Source of the DNA: Macrostomum lignano
Taxonomy: Eukaryota
DNA: 64,000 nucleotides
Assembly: GCA_002269645.1 (NCBI GenBank)
Contig: NIVC01000406.1
Location: 563,481 to 627,480 of the forward strand
Direction of reading: 5' to 3'
A program made the position numbers and the translations under genes. Below, in pieces: positions 43,954 through 57,378 of this stretch; the stretch's first letter is position 1; each line of letters begins with the position of its first letter. Below the pieces are notes generated by a model, which saw only the letters and a list, made by a program, of their open reading frames with translations, ran no database searches and had not been told where the DNA came from.

Positions 43954-44769
43954 ATGCAGTCATCAATTGCTGAGGATGATTCCGTTATTGACGGAATACA
44001 AAAGTCACTCTTCCATATTGTGGAAGACAAAAATAAAGCTGCTGGGAAGCGAGACAGTGTTCATCGGGTCGTGTTTGCGATGAGGCTAAATACTTCATCC
44101 CAGCCTTTGCAATCGCTATTTCCAGGACTAAGCGTGGAATACAGCAAGCATACTCTCAAATCGCTTCTCGGACTTCATTATGATCCTGATGCAAATGGAT
44201 TCCTGAAGCATGCCACGGCCGGACCAGAAGAAGTCACTGGGCTACTTCTCATGTACCCATCCAGCGCTTTGCACATCATCGAGGGGACAACACATGTAAT
44301 TCGAAAAGTGGTCGAGGAGCTGAACGACTTCACCACAAGAGAAGTTTCACCGATTTTGAGAGCCGTTATCCTCAACATTTCCCACAATATCAACCATCGG
44401 CTCTTTTCGTTCTGGTCGCACGCCATCCTAGAAGTGGAGCCAGTGAACATTGACCTGTTCGAGACTACCGAAAGCGACGAAAACCTGATCTCTTCCATCA
44501 TGACCCAGCTGATTAAGCTGGGTGTGCATTTGAAGAAGGATCCAACCAAAGGAAAAATGAGTGAGATCATGAAAAAAGTGCGCGAGGATCGACAGGAGCT
44601 GGTCCCCGCCCAGGCTGCCGTCGGCTACTTGGCCCAGAACTGCGACAACTCGTGCCTAATTCACTGCTCCGAGTTCCTGGAGATCTACAAGCGACCTTTC
44701 GACGTCAAGCTTGCATCGGATTACGTTTGGCCGCTATTCAGCAACATGTTCTCTTATACAGAGTCTTGA
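43954..44769 (+). CDS. TEX47: TEX47 / DYBLUF-like (BLUF-domain-related, dynein-associated) protein, 271 aa, single exon
   Basis: VTGLLLMYPSSALHIIE, SHNINHRLFSFW and YKRPFDVKLASDYVWP match my recollection of TEX47/C7orf62 motifs (VTGLLLIYPTSILHILE, SHNIPMRLFMQW, LDSEVVWP). Confidence 0.82.
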   Translation: MQSSIAEDDSVIDGIQKSLFHIVEDKNKAAGKRDSVHRVVFAMRLNTSSQPLQSLFPGLSVEYSKHTLKSLLGLHYDPDANGFLKHATAGPEEVTGLLLMYPSSALHIIEGTTHVIRKVVEELNDFTTREVSPILRAVILNISHNINHRLFSFWSHAILEVEPVNIDLFETTESDENLISSIMTQLIKLGVHLKKDPTKGKMSEIMKKVREDRQELVPAQAAVGYLAQNCDNSCLIHCSEFLEIYKRPFDVKLASDYVWPLFSNMFSYTES

Positions 44770-45277
44770 CTTGCTTGATTTTCTTTTTGCTGCTTAGAGC
44801 AAAGCTTAAGAAGTGCTTCAGAAGTTTACTAATCTGAGCAAAATTTAAGATAAAAATTCAATTAAGGCAGATGAGGTTTTGTGAACTTTTTTTGTAAATA
44901 GGGGTATGTATAGTGAGTTATTGATTATTTTACTATACATAAATTATATGGATGAAGATGCGAGTAGTTTTATTTAGGAATTAAGAATTTCTCAATAATC
45001 CAACCTAGTAGTTTTGATGTCACAATTTGATTTGACTGAGAAAAGCTAAATGTACCACTAAACCATTGTAACTGTGCCCACTAACTTTTTATGCTTTTTG
45101 ATAAATTGGAAAGTGACATTTTTCATTTGATTCTCGTTTTTATTTCATTTCAATTACATTAGTTTTATAGTCTTTGTGTTCAAATAGTACTTTGTTTATC
45201 AGCTAGTCTGAGGCTGGAAACTTCACACTCCATCACGAACCTTTGAGCATTGATTTTCTGGCTTATTGCATGCACTA

Positions 45278-48200
45278 ATGTCGGACCAGGAGGCTGCGGA
45301 GACGCCCAAGCAGGCGGAGCCGGCTGAAGCTTCAACTCCCGCACCGGCCACCCCCGCACCCGTCACGACGCTGCAGACTCCGAAATCCGCCAGAGACGAC
45401 GCCAAATCCGTGGCCAGCGCCCGCTCGGGCAAGTCGCAGCCCCGCAGCGGCCGCTCGGTCGGCTCCGGCGGCAACAAAAGCCAGCGCAGCGACAAATCAC
45501 CAAAGAAGTCGCCATCAAAGAAGAAGGCGGCCGCGGTGCACACGCCAGCTACGCCGGCGTCGCAGGCGGAACCTTCGCCAGAGGGCTGCGTGCCAATCTT
45601 CCTGCCGGAGCCGACGCAAAAAATTGTCGGCCTGGCCGTGCCAGAGGGCGAGGAGCCGCCACAGTCGCCGATGCATTTTGTGCCAAAGCAGGTGCGTGAA
45701 TCAAGCCAGAGGTTTGATGTCCGACAGGAATTTGCGGCTTGTTTTAATTTGCATACAAACGAATTGATTTTTGCCTTCAGGTGATCATGGACGACATTCA
45801 AAACCGAGCGGCCGTGAGCGAGTTCAAAGAGCACCTGAAGACTCTCAACGAGATCGAGACTGAAGACATCCTGCTGGTTGCCGATCCCGATTGGAAGTAC
45901 GGCGCAAACTTTCTAATGGTTGTCACCGAGGAGGCTCGCGCAGAGATGCTTGCTGAGCACACAGGAGAAGAGGAGAAAGAGGAAGAGCATGTGGTTCTCG
46001 GTGAGTCTGTCTCCAATTTGCTGTTGCACTCATTGCCCCATAACTTAACTTGGATGCATTTCACAATGTGATGAAAAACCGCATTAATCCAATTCAGGCT
46101 ACGTGCCGCCCCAGCCTCGGGACTGGATTCCCCAGGGCAGCGACCGTGAGATTCGCGAGGCCTCGGTCTCCAACAGCCGGCCGCAGTTCCGCCTGACCTA
46201 CCAGCGCCGAAGGCGCGACTTCGGCGCCCCTGTCAGCCTCGCCGATCGCAACGTGGTAGATGCGGCGCCCTCCAAGTTGGTGAAGAACCAGTTCATCGAT
46301 GTCCAGGCGCTGGAGGATGCCAACAGGTCGACAACGGACATTCCGATCACGGAGAAGGACCAGGATGTTCAAGTGGCCCCATCAAGCGACTCTGCAGCCG
46401 TGCAAACTTTCTGGGGCAACCCGAAGAACGCCTTTACGCAGTACGAGGCTCGCCAGCTCAGCCAGGCAGAGCGGGAGGCGCAGCTGGAGCTGCCGGAGCT
46501 CATCGAAGCTGGACGAAGAACGGCGCCGCTGTTCGAGCAGTCGCTGCAGCAGAACGAAATCATGAACTGCTTCTATGACGACTACACAAATCTCGGTGGC
46601 GACGGCATCCTCTTCTCTAAGACCGACAACACATTCAAGGAGTTCCAGACCTTCACCGATCTGGAGCACTCGCGCGAGAAGGCTGTTAGCCACATCGCCT
46701 GGCACCCGACACTCAAAGGCATCGTGGCGGTCAGCACGCGCGAGCGATACGACTTTGACGGCATGGTGGACCACTCGGCTAAAATCGTGCTTAAGACGTC
46801 CGTCATCGTTGTCTGGAGCTTTGCTGATCCAATTCAACCGCAGCTGTTCCTGGAGGCTCCAGAGGATGTTCTTTGCTTTGAGTTCTGCCCATCGGATCCG
46901 AATATTATTGTCGGTGAGTGACGCTTTGCAGTTTTGAGACCAACGTTAAAGCTCAAACACTCTCTTAAGCATCCTCTGTATTATTGATACGAATACCTAT
47001 ACAGGTGGCTGCATCAACGGCCAGATTGTCCTGTGGGATCTGTCCCAGCATATGGACAGATTGAAAAGTACCAAAGCCAAAGGCCGTAGCAAGAAGGTGA
47101 GCAACATGCTCACCGAGTTCGTGAAGACCGACTCGATTCCGACGATCCGGTACGCAGCGGCCAGCAGCATCGAGCTGGGCCACCAGGCCCCCGTCACCGA
47201 CATCATGTGGGTGCCGGACCACTTCGAGATCCAGAAGGTTACAGGCTACGCTCTGGAAGCCAAGGAGTTAAAAAATGTGCAGATAATCTCCTGCGCCACG
47301 GACGAGACCATCTACATCTGGGATCTGCGCTCCGCTAAGAGCAACAATCCGGTGTTCAAGCGTGAGGAGGACCGCTGCCCAATGGGAGTGCCCGACACTT
47401 TCTGGCATCTGCACCTCAAATGGAAGCCCTTCCTCAGCGTCAACCTGTTTAAGTCGGAGCCCGGTGGCAATCACAATCCCGTCAAGGTGTCCATGAAGGA
47501 GATGCAGGGCGACAGGTCGGTGCTGACCAAGGAGGATCCGGAGGGCAAGGACCCAACCAGCACCAACCGCGGCGACTTCACCATGCCGGGAGGCCCGAAG
47601 CCGACCAAGCAGAGGATGTTGCAAAAGGTCAGCACCTTCCTCTATGTCGGCACGGAGGACGGCGAGCTGGTCTACGTGGACTGGATGCCGCAGAAGGATC
47701 AGGACACGGGCAAGTCGCAGACACCCAAACCCGTGTTCTATTCGACAATGCACGACAGCTCCATCAAGCACTTGTCAAGGTAATTTCAATGAGAATAATT
47801 GTTAAACTTCTAAGCCAACTCATTATTGCGTGTAATTAATTGTGTCGTAGATGTAATCCTGGGCTCAAATACTCGAATCACAAAACCACCTGCTAGACAG
47901 CCGTTGGATTAAATATGACCAAAAACCTTAGTACCAAATTTATTTAAAAAAACGTCGGAACCCTGCAGATCGTCATTCGACCGCAGCCTAGTGCTGTGCG
48001 TTGGCGGTTGGCTGTGGACTCTGTGGAAGGAGGGAGTGAACTCCGGACCCATCCTCTACTCGCAAAAGTCGCCAAAGCCGCTAACGGGCGGCTGCTGGAG
48101 TCCCACGAGGCCATCCGTGTTCTTCATCACTAGGGCAGACGGATCGGTTGAAGTCTGGGACTTGCTGGGTGAGTTACCGCGAATGGCTGTTGCCTGTTTT

Positions 48201-49086
48201 CGGTAGAAGAGTAGGTTGCAGTTAGGCTTTATAGGACAGTCGACTCGCAGTCAGCAAGGAGGCGAGCAGTCTTGCCCATTCCGCTCACCCTTGAGAACAC
48301 ACGCACACGGATTCGTACGCATTTGCGAATTTTGCTTTTAAATTTTTAAATCCAACTAAATGCATGTTTTTTTAAATACAATCAGCAACCGTTGTTAACT
48401 GCTGTCCAGTTTAAGTTTACTAAAGAAGGTCAATTTTTTAACCTACTGGTCACAGGTTAGTAAGGGCACTCCACTGAAACTGATAGAGCAGTCGAATTTT
48501 GCATATAGAAGCCAATAATAGCTAGAACACACCTATTTTTCCGTTCATTAGGCGGCATATATTACATTTTAGCAAGCTCGTTTAATTTTGCTTTCGCATG
48601 ATTCATAGCCTCTTCATGTCGCTCCCGTCTGAAACCTGCTCCGCAGACAAAACCCACGAGCCGGTGCTGGTGCAGAACATCTCCGCTAACGCGCTCACCT
48701 ACTGTACCGTGTGGAACATCAGCCACAAGAGGCAGCTACTCATTGTTGGCGACACGCAGGGCACGGCGCACGCACACAAGGTGCCGTTCACCCTGCACAC
48801 CCCCATGGCCGGCGAGGCGCCCAGCATCGAGGCCTACTACAAGCGCGAGATTCAACGACGCGCCTTCGTCATGGGCCGCTGGGACTACCGCGAGCACGAG
48901 AAGATCGAGCTGGAGGCCAAGGCCAAGCGCGAGGCGGGCATCGCCCCGGCGGTCGAGCTGACGCCGGAGGAACGCCTGCTGAAGATGCAGAAGAAGTACG
49001 AGGCCTACCTGGCCGAGGAGATGACCTTCTTGCGCGAGCTCGGACTCAAGGATGACGATGACGAGCCTCTGCCGGCGGTTGAGTAG
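45278..49086 (+). CDS. DNAI3: Axonemal dynein intermediate chain WDR63/DNAI3 (IC140-like); exons 45278-45691, 45781-46000, 46098-46913, 47005-47779, 47969-48168, 48647-49086, about 954 aa
   Basis: All introns are GT..AG with consistent phases. Motifs NRAAVSEF, KYGANF, FEFCPSDPNIIVGGCINGQIVLWD, GTEDGELVYVDW and CWSPTRPSVFFITRADGSVEVWDLLDKTHEP. Confidence 0.92.
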
Positions 49087-49458
49087 CTGCTTTGGTCCTG
49101 TTGACCCAATTATTGATTTTTCTATGTTTATTAGTGAACACTTTTCGATTAATTTTACAGATTCCGACTGAATTCTTCATGCCCTGTTTGCACCCAAATG
49201 TTTTTGACTAAGTTAAAAAGTTACTGAAGTAAAATACACCAATCTTTGCTAATTGTCTGCACTGTTTTTTATTTTATGCGAGAATGGATATTTAGCGTGA
49301 GACGCCAATGAATTTATTCTTTAATTTAATTTTTTTCTGAATGATTTTATTTCAACTTTGTCTACCCAGTAGGATGCAAAACCCACGTTTTCGACCACAA
49401 ATAAGAATGCTTTGCTGAAGCTCATGTGTTGATAACAAAGCGTAGTGAGGGTCCCTCT

Positions 49459-49770
49459 CATGGAGGAAAGAATAGAATGGAGTGCTAATCTGAGCCAGTT
49501 ATTTTTATCTCGCTCGATTTTCGCTTTTAACATCCCTTTCCCCCCGTTCCTTCCTATTAACTGAAAGCATATTTTGATGCGAGCTCATACTATGCTGGGA
49601 CAGACCTTTCAGAGGGGAACGAAAACGAAAACGAGACGAAAGATACTTTGTCTATGGCAGTCACGAGCCAATAGGAAAGAACGGGGGGGGAAAGGGATGT
49701 TAAAAGTTAAGATCGAGCGAGATAAAAATAACTGGCTCAGATTAGCAATCCATTCTATTCTTTCCTCCAT
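49459..49770. repeat. Inverted repeat of about 90 bp (49459-49550 versus 49680-49770); a third, direct copy at 50760-50850; probable ends of a non-autonomous DNA transposon
   Basis: CATGGAGGAAAGAATAG...CTGAGCCAGTTATTTT...CATCCCTTTCCCCCC and its reverse complement. Confidence 0.75.
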
Positions 49771-51185
49771 GGTCCCTCTTACTTTCCAACTGGAACCAGT
49801 GACAACCATTTCCAAAAACTTTTTACAATTACCATAGACAGCGACAGTTTAAGTACAGTTTGATTGGTTCAAGAATAAAATAGTCTATGGTCGCAAGTGG
49901 GAGCCTCAATGAATTTCTCAGTGGTAGTGTGCTTCGGTATAAATGTCTATAGTACAATACCAATAAAACAAGCATGCATCCATTAACAAGTCTATGGGCC
50001 AGAGCCTCGAGCTTGGCTCCCGCGTGCAGGCCGGTGGGTCGAGACGCAAGGAAAATAATGCCTGAACTGAAGGAAGCAACGGCCAGAATGCATAGTTTTC
50101 GTTTAGCAAAGCAAAAGGCTAACGGCTGCTTCATTCGCCACTGGTAAGTTTAAAGCAATGTTGCTAGTATTAGCAATGAAATGTGAAAGTTTGTAAGCTA
50201 AGCTAAGCTAAACAAGGTGCTTCAACAAGTCAAGTGTAGGTTAGGTTCAAAAGTTAGGTTATTTGAAAAAATATTTTTTTCGAAAATCTTTTCGAAAGAT
50301 TTCGAGAGTAACACGATTTTTCATGTTTTGTTATTCTGTTTTTATGGCAAACCGTAGATAAAAAGTTATGCCATTTTAAATCCTCATTTTTCAATCAATG
50401 TTTATTTGCACGGAAGGAAAATGAAAACTTTGAACAAAAATGTGGGCCTGGATAAAACTGGTTGATAGTGGCATGGTACGTTGCATTTGTGTATTTTTTA
50501 TGCACAGGGTCGAATCAACTGTCATATACTCAGAAGGTTTCGCACAGTTGTCGCCAGACGATCTCCGCGTGCACGTAGCTCGAGGGGAAGGTCACATTTG
50601 CGTTTCGGAACGTCTCAATATTAGGCCGTATGAATAAAGTGAGCATTTGCATAAACTCGACCGAATTCTCGATTCAGTATGAATAAAATGAGCACTTACT
50701 CACGAATAAATGCTCCAAGGTTTTTTCTATTAAGTTAATGGTCGACTGTTGAGTATCTACCATGGAGGAAAGAATAGGATGGAGTGCTAATCTGAGCCAG
50801 TTATTTTCTCGCTCGATCTTCACTTTTAGCATCCCTTCCCCCCCCCCGTTCTTCATGATGTCAGTCTTTGCTTTGAGTTGACCCTTGATACACTCGTATT
50901 TTCCAGCTTCTTAAAGATATTCTTGGCGTAGGACTGCTTCCCTGCCTTGCTTAAATCATCTTGGATTGCCACTACGGCTTTGTTCTTCTCTTCTACTACG
51001 CAAAGGGTCTTCCCCTTATCCAGCAAACAGGGATGCTTTACGACAAAACTTACAAAGCACTTGCTTGGACTCAGAGTAATTGCTCAGCTTTGAGCTGTTA
51101 CTCCTGAGTTTTTGCTCATTTTATTCATACGGGCTCATAAGGATAGCCTTCAAAAATGGCAGAATTCATGCCCGGAAGGGCCCAG

Positions 51186-51978
51186 GGGGTGTTTCATAGA
51201 CCGCTTGTCAGAGTTACAAGTGCGACAAGTGAGCAGTAAGTAGCGGTTTCCGTTTCATAGAATTACAAGTGACAAGTGACAAGTTCTGACAAGTGACAAG
51301 TGAGTAGTGACAATTGCTAGTTACAAGCGGTTTGTTTCATAGACATTGCTTCTTAAAGAGTGAGCAGCGTTTGATTTTCGACAAGCTTAAGTAGTCCCGC
51401 GAGATTTGTCAAACTTGTAGCTATCAGATTTCGCTTCGCATGGCAACATGTTCGATTCTGATTCGGACTCTTTGGACGAAGCTATTGGCCACATTGCATT
51501 GGCAAAGAGACCAGAATGTTTAAACCACGAATAAACTTTCAATTTGAGGATCGAATTGATTCAATTCCTTCGTAATTATAGAGGAAAACTCTCCAAACAC
51601 GCCTTTCTCTCGTTAAGCAGACGGAGTATGGCGTTTTTGTTTTCAACCGTGAGAGGCATTCTTACGCTTGCTATAAGTGGGCCAAACGTGTAAGATAGAC
51701 TCTATGCCAAAGATTAAATATAATAAATATTGATAAATATCGTCTTTCCTCTATACAGAACTAGATCATATCCAGGGTCCAACGGGAGTCGGCTGTGGCT
51801 GCGCCTGGGACGGACTTGATGTTTGGCCCATAGATATTTAGTTCACTACTCAGTCAGCTTGTAACTTGTCACTGGATTTACTCATACTCGTACAAATCAG
51901 TCTATGACACAAAAATCTGTAGCACTTGTAATTTTTTAACTTGTCACTTGTGGCTTGTCAAATCAATGAAACACCCCC
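51186..51978. mobile_element. Non-autonomous PIF/Harbinger-type element, abutting the left end of a second one at 51982
   Basis: TIR GGGGTGTTTCAT / ATGAAACACCCCC, flanked by CAG and CTG. The next element starts GGGAGTGTTTCAT. Confidence 0.65.
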
Positions 51979-52307
51979 CTGGGGAGTGTTTCATATAATT
52001 TACAAGTTACAAGCTACAAGCTACAAGTTTAATAGCTACAAGCTACAAGTTTAATAGCTACAAGTTTAATAGCTACAAGTTTAATAGCTACAAGCTACAA
52101 GTTTAATAGCTACAAGTTTAATAGCTACAAGCTACAAGTTTAATAGCTACAAGTTTAATAGCTACAAGCTACAAGTTTAATAGCTACAAGTTTAATAGCT
52201 ACAAGCTACAAGTTTAATAGCTACAAGTTTAATAGCTACAAGCTACAAGTTTAATAGCTACAAGTTTAATAGCTACAAGCTACGAGCTACAAGCAAAAGT
52301 GTTACAC
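51758..52307. repeat. Direct duplication (other copy 55588-56066), including the (GCTACAAGTTTAATA)n microsatellite
   Basis: Essentially identical from GAACTAGATCATATCC to GTGTTACACAA, differing only in microsatellite copy number. Confidence 0.92.
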
Positions 52308-55300
52308 AAAGTCTTTTCGCCCAGTGAGCTTTGGGGTTGGAATTTTATAATACCTAGTGTTGTATCGATTATTTAAAGACTTTCAAGGCATTATTAACGC
52401 TGATGCTCCTAATATTTTGCGTCGTGTCATACATAAAGTTAGCCTAATAGATAAAGTAGGGCGAGAGTTGTAAAATGTCTCTAACGTCAAATGATTTATA
52501 GGAAGGGAATTAGGGATGTCGATTCCCCAGGGAATTATCTTATCGGGGACCCCGGTGAAAAGAAAAAATAAGTTAAAACAGCGGATCACTTAGATTGTAA
52601 GTGGAATTTTTTAAACTTTGATTTTAGCTTTGTACTACATGTTCAAGGCGCAGGGGTAAAAATTTTAAACAATGTTTTTTTAAACTGTATTTGACAATGT
52701 GGCATCACGAAATCGTGCGCGCACCTTTATCGGAAAAGTGCATTTGTTGGAATGCATGCTAAACAGCTACGCTCGTGAGAGGATAATTAATGAATGAGAC
52801 TGTTTTTATAATCGGAATTTTATTTCTTGCATATATATGTAAATCACCATTTTGTCCTTGTCTAATAGGGAGTATATGTATGACACCCCCCTATGCGTCA
52901 GTGCCTGACGCATGACGCAGCGCTGCGCCTGCGTCAAGCCGTCAACGCAGACCAACACAGCAGTCACTAGTCAGTAAGGCTTCTTTTTCCTGACGGGTTT
53001 CTTTTCTACGTGCAATTTGCTTGATTGAATGACTTATTAGTGAAAAAACAATCAAACGTGTATTGTGTTTCAAATACATGTAATGCATTGAAATAAGCAA
53101 TTATGCGGTAAAAGAGCATAGACAGAGTTTCAATCAGCTTTCTGTGAATCAGTTTCTTATTTTAATGGCAAAAATTAAGTTACAAATGCATTTTTTCATA
53201 TTTTTTCTCCCCAGGGTCCCCGGTTAAATTCCCCGGAGAGTATTCCCCGACAAGCTCCCCGGGGAGCACTCCCGGGGTCAACATCCCTAGAAGGGAAACT
53301 ACGAGCATAAGTTCTGCAACACATATACAAGTAGCTAAGCATTAATAGACGCACTGCACCGATAAAATGTAATGGAATTGCTCGAATCACCGACACCAAG
53401 ACCCATAAAACTGGAGAAACTGGCAGGATATAGTAGATACATGTAGGTCAGAATCAGAAGTGATCATGGGTGGGTGGGTCAAGTGATCATGGGTTCGACC
53501 TCGATTGTATTATTCCTTCTTAATCTTATGCAATTAATTGTAAATTAGGTATGATATGAAGTAACAGTAATTATCCTTGACCATGCTAGAGTAAAGACAA
53601 GTCAAAGTCAAGTTAATAAAAATAGACACACAGTGTAACAATAACAATGGTTTTTAGAGCCATTTTTCTTGTCTGTGTTTGTCTTTGTACATACATGTAC
53701 ATTTGGGAAGACTTATCTGGACCCAATCCCTTCTTATTCTACATGTACGCTGTTTTGGGTATGGGGGTTAGAGTTGGGCCGTCTGACACCCCCCTCCCCC
53801 CCCCCTACCATAGTGGACTGGAGAGAAAGAAGCACATGCTATCGCTATTGGCTAGCCTGTCGTTCTCTTTCTCTTTACCTTCTGTCTTGTGTAGCGTACA
53901 CTATCCAATGCACAAGGCCCAACTTTCCACTAAAGGAAGGTTCATATAGTCCGCCCATGGGCTTCCTCTTGCTTTCGCGTACACTCAAGGCCACTCACTC
54001 TCAACACCAGCCACTAGAGGCTTGTTTTAAATAATCGATCGATAATATTAAATGTACACTTGAAAGCTTGCTTTGGATCCTAGCAGAAGGGGGAGAAAGT
54101 GGCCAAGGCCACCACACCCCACAAGGCAGGCAGGCCGGCCCGAGTGCGATAACGAATGACAAAAAAATAGAAAAGTACAATTTACACATCAACTTTCAAT
54201 ACAATAAATACAATAATAGGTGCGGTATTAATGACAGTGTATTTTCGCACAAAGTAGCTACGTTCAAACCACCAGCACGTAAACAGCTAAAATTTCACTG
54301 TTTATGAAATTTTATAAAATTTAACACATCATTTTAGATATTGAAAACTTTTAAAGGAGGGTATTACTGTTGCATGTGACTATAAAATCGTGGTAGGTAT
54401 AGCTGATGATGAAACTGGTGATTGGTATCTAGCTTTTTTGATAACTTAGCCGGTTAGACCCCGAAATAGCTATTGTAATTTGTAACGCTGGAGCCAAATA
54501 CAAATACAATGGAGCAATTAGTTTCTCTCAAATCTGTCTCTGCCAGTGCCAGTTTAGTCCATAGTAAGTAACCAAAGTAAAATACCCATTAGTGGTCCCG
54601 TTTCTAATGTTTATAAATATTAAGCTTCAGTTTACTTTTGGCACAGTATGCAATTTTGAAAATTCACCCTAATAACGGTTTGCACCAGCAGGAAAGCAAC
54701 TATTTTGTTGTTGGAAATCGGATTAAGCAGTCAAAAGAGTGTATTTCTATGAAAAAAGGTACTTTTTTTCCATTTTTTCAAATATTTAAACAGGTTTCGC
54801 TCTTTCAATAAAAAAATCATCGCAGTACCTTAAAGTACAGTTAGTTTGGAATTAGATGACGGCGTTGAATTGTTTCTTCCATATTCCAAAAATTATAATG
54901 AGCACTTTTCCTCAAATCAGTTTGAGATCATGATTTTTAGTCTTTCGTCGATAACTTTCTGATTTCAAATGTTTAAGAATTGAAAACTTCCACACTTGTG
55001 TATCTTTGAATTGCGCATCAATTGGTGCATAGTATGTATGCTTAACTATTAGCAGTATAGAAAAAAATGCAAAAAACTGTAAAAGTACATTTTCAATTTT
55101 TGCATTTTTTGCAACCAAAGTGCCAACTTTTTGATACAATTGAAAAAAACAACCCAATAATGTTATGCATCTTAGTAAGGCGCACCTATAACCCTCGAAC
55201 ATTTTTAGCTCGAGTTTTAATGTGCATGAGGAAATGCACTTTTGTAAAGACATAATCTTAAGACAAACATTTCAACTGAAGCCTGTTCCTTTTCTCCGCA

Positions 55301-56386
55301 GTGAATCCATACAAAACTATACTCGTTAAATAGATCAGATTCTTCTCTTTAAAATGACACCTCACTTGTGAAATTCGCACTTGTAGTTTTGAAGTTACAG
55401 CAGTTTTTGTGAGATTTTTCTTGTCATTTTTTCGATGCACACGTCTCATATTATTATATTCGTCACAAGCCAGACCACCCAATGCGCTTCGCGCATTGGC
55501 TGGCTGTTTGTTCCTCATGCTCGGCACTTTGTGCCTCGCGCGTTCGCTCCGCTCACCCCACAAACCCAAGGGAACTAGAGCTCACTGGGAACTAGATCAT
55601 ATCCAGGGTCCAACGGGAGTCGGCTGTGGCTGCGCCTGGGACGGACTTGATGTTTGGCCCATAGATATTTAGTTCACTACTCAGTCAGCTTGTAACTTGT
55701 CACTGGATTTACTCATACTCGTACAAATCAGTCTATGACACAAAAATCTGTAGCACTTGTAATTTTTTAACTTGTCACTTGTGGCTTGTCAAATCAATGA
55801 AACACCCCCCTGGGGAGTGTTTCATATAATTTACAAGTTACAAGCTACAAGCTACAAGTTTAATAGCTACAAGCTACAAGTTTAATAGCTACAAGTTTAA
55901 TAGCTACAAGTTTAATAGCTACAAGCTACAAGTTTAATAGCTACAAGTTTAATAGCTACAAGCTACAAGTTTAATAGCTACAAGTTTAATAGCTACAAGC
56001 TACAAGTTTAATAGCTACAAGTTTAATAGCTACAAGCTACGAGCTACAAGCAAAAGTGTTACACAACACTGCTTGTAGATTTCAGCCAAGAATCGTACAA
56101 GTTTGACAAGCTTGTAACTATTCACTTCATCGTCTATGGTAAAAAACTTACCTCTTTGGGGTGGTAGAGAGAACGACTCGAAGCTAAAAACAAAACTCAT
56201 TATCATATAGACTATCGTTTTTTAATGCATTTTTTAATGAAGCTGTTAAGTCACGATAAATTGCCATAGATTATGAGCGAGAAATTCACTGTTTTTATTC
56301 ATGTAAGCAACAAGAACTTTAACAGGAAACAGATCGAGGATATAGCAAAGCAAACGAATACCAAAGTACGAGCTATATATTCTTTG

Positions 56387-57216
56387 TTAGAAGTTGAACG
56401 TGCACCCATCGAAGAGGCAGTTGGCAAACATCGGCTGTTGCACACTTCGCATGTCAACTTGAGCTTGCTGCATGACTGTTGCACTAGTGGTTGCACTCGT
56501 AGTCGCCTCGGTTGGTGGGGCCAAATTGTCACTAACAGCGGTAGCAACCTTCCTGAGGGTTCTGTCACGCTTGCGTGCGAGATAATGTCGAACAGTGGAC
56601 TCCGATCGTTGTCCCGTTACCGCCATTATCTCACCCATAGGCATTCCTTTGTCGAAAAGATCCGCAATACGCGTGACGCGTATGCAGTGATTCGTGTACT
56701 GCTTGGAGGGTTGCACACACTACTAACGTGCTTCATGAATGCCGCCAACCAATTGACACCGCGCACTTGCGTAGCAGAGAAGCGAATTTGTCCTCCCGAA
56801 TTGTTAGTCAGAGGGCGCGGAAAGAACGAGGACGAATTCTGCGGTAACAAACTCTGATAATGCAGGATCAACTCCCGCTGAGCGCCGTAGATCCGACTCT
56901 GTTTGCGCTGAGTTCCCTTGCATTTTGTTGGATCGCTACTCTGGTTTTTTGTCTTTATCGGCGGCAAAGCAAGATATGGATTCCCATCAGCGTCGACTTC
57001 TTCTTGGAGCGTGCCAACTTGCTTTAGACTTGACAGGTGTTCTTGACCTCTCTCGCCCAGGACATACAGCAGCGTAAATAGTACTTCATCTTGCAACCGT
57101 TCAACCGAACGGTCAAAATAAGCACGCATTTTCTGTAAATCACCTTCTTCTATTGGCTCGTGCTGATTGACAGTGCCTCCATCAGCATGAAAATGCCGCA
57201 CCTTTACTCGCAGCAT
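56387..57216 (-). mobile_element. Crypton-like tyrosine recombinase (DUF3504/KCTD1-type), 5'-truncated and frameshifted
   Basis: LGERGQE, TKNQ and FFPRP, then after a frameshift YTNHCIRVT...MAVTGQRSESTVRHY. This is the R...HxxR...H/Y catalytic layout with H changed to Q. Confidence 0.78.
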
Positions 57217-57378
57217 CTTACTGCTGTCTTACGCTCAGACCAGTCCACTGACTAACTTCTTCACCAGGATCACGATGTCCAAGTTGCTGCAGAAACGCAA
57301 TCTCATTCATTTCTAAACCGCTAATATCTTTCTCTAGTATTGATTCCCAGTGAAACATGGCTAATTCCGAACCTTTAA

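Noticed and set aside
52870-52950. Cluster of TGACG-containing inverted repeats as a regulatory element
   Set aside because: No adjacent gene; it lies within transposon debris.
55479-55499. Perfect hairpin CCAATGCG-CTTCG-CGCATTGG as a terminator or Helitron end
   Set aside because: No U-tract, and the nearest CTAG is about 75 nt away. Insufficient support from one copy.
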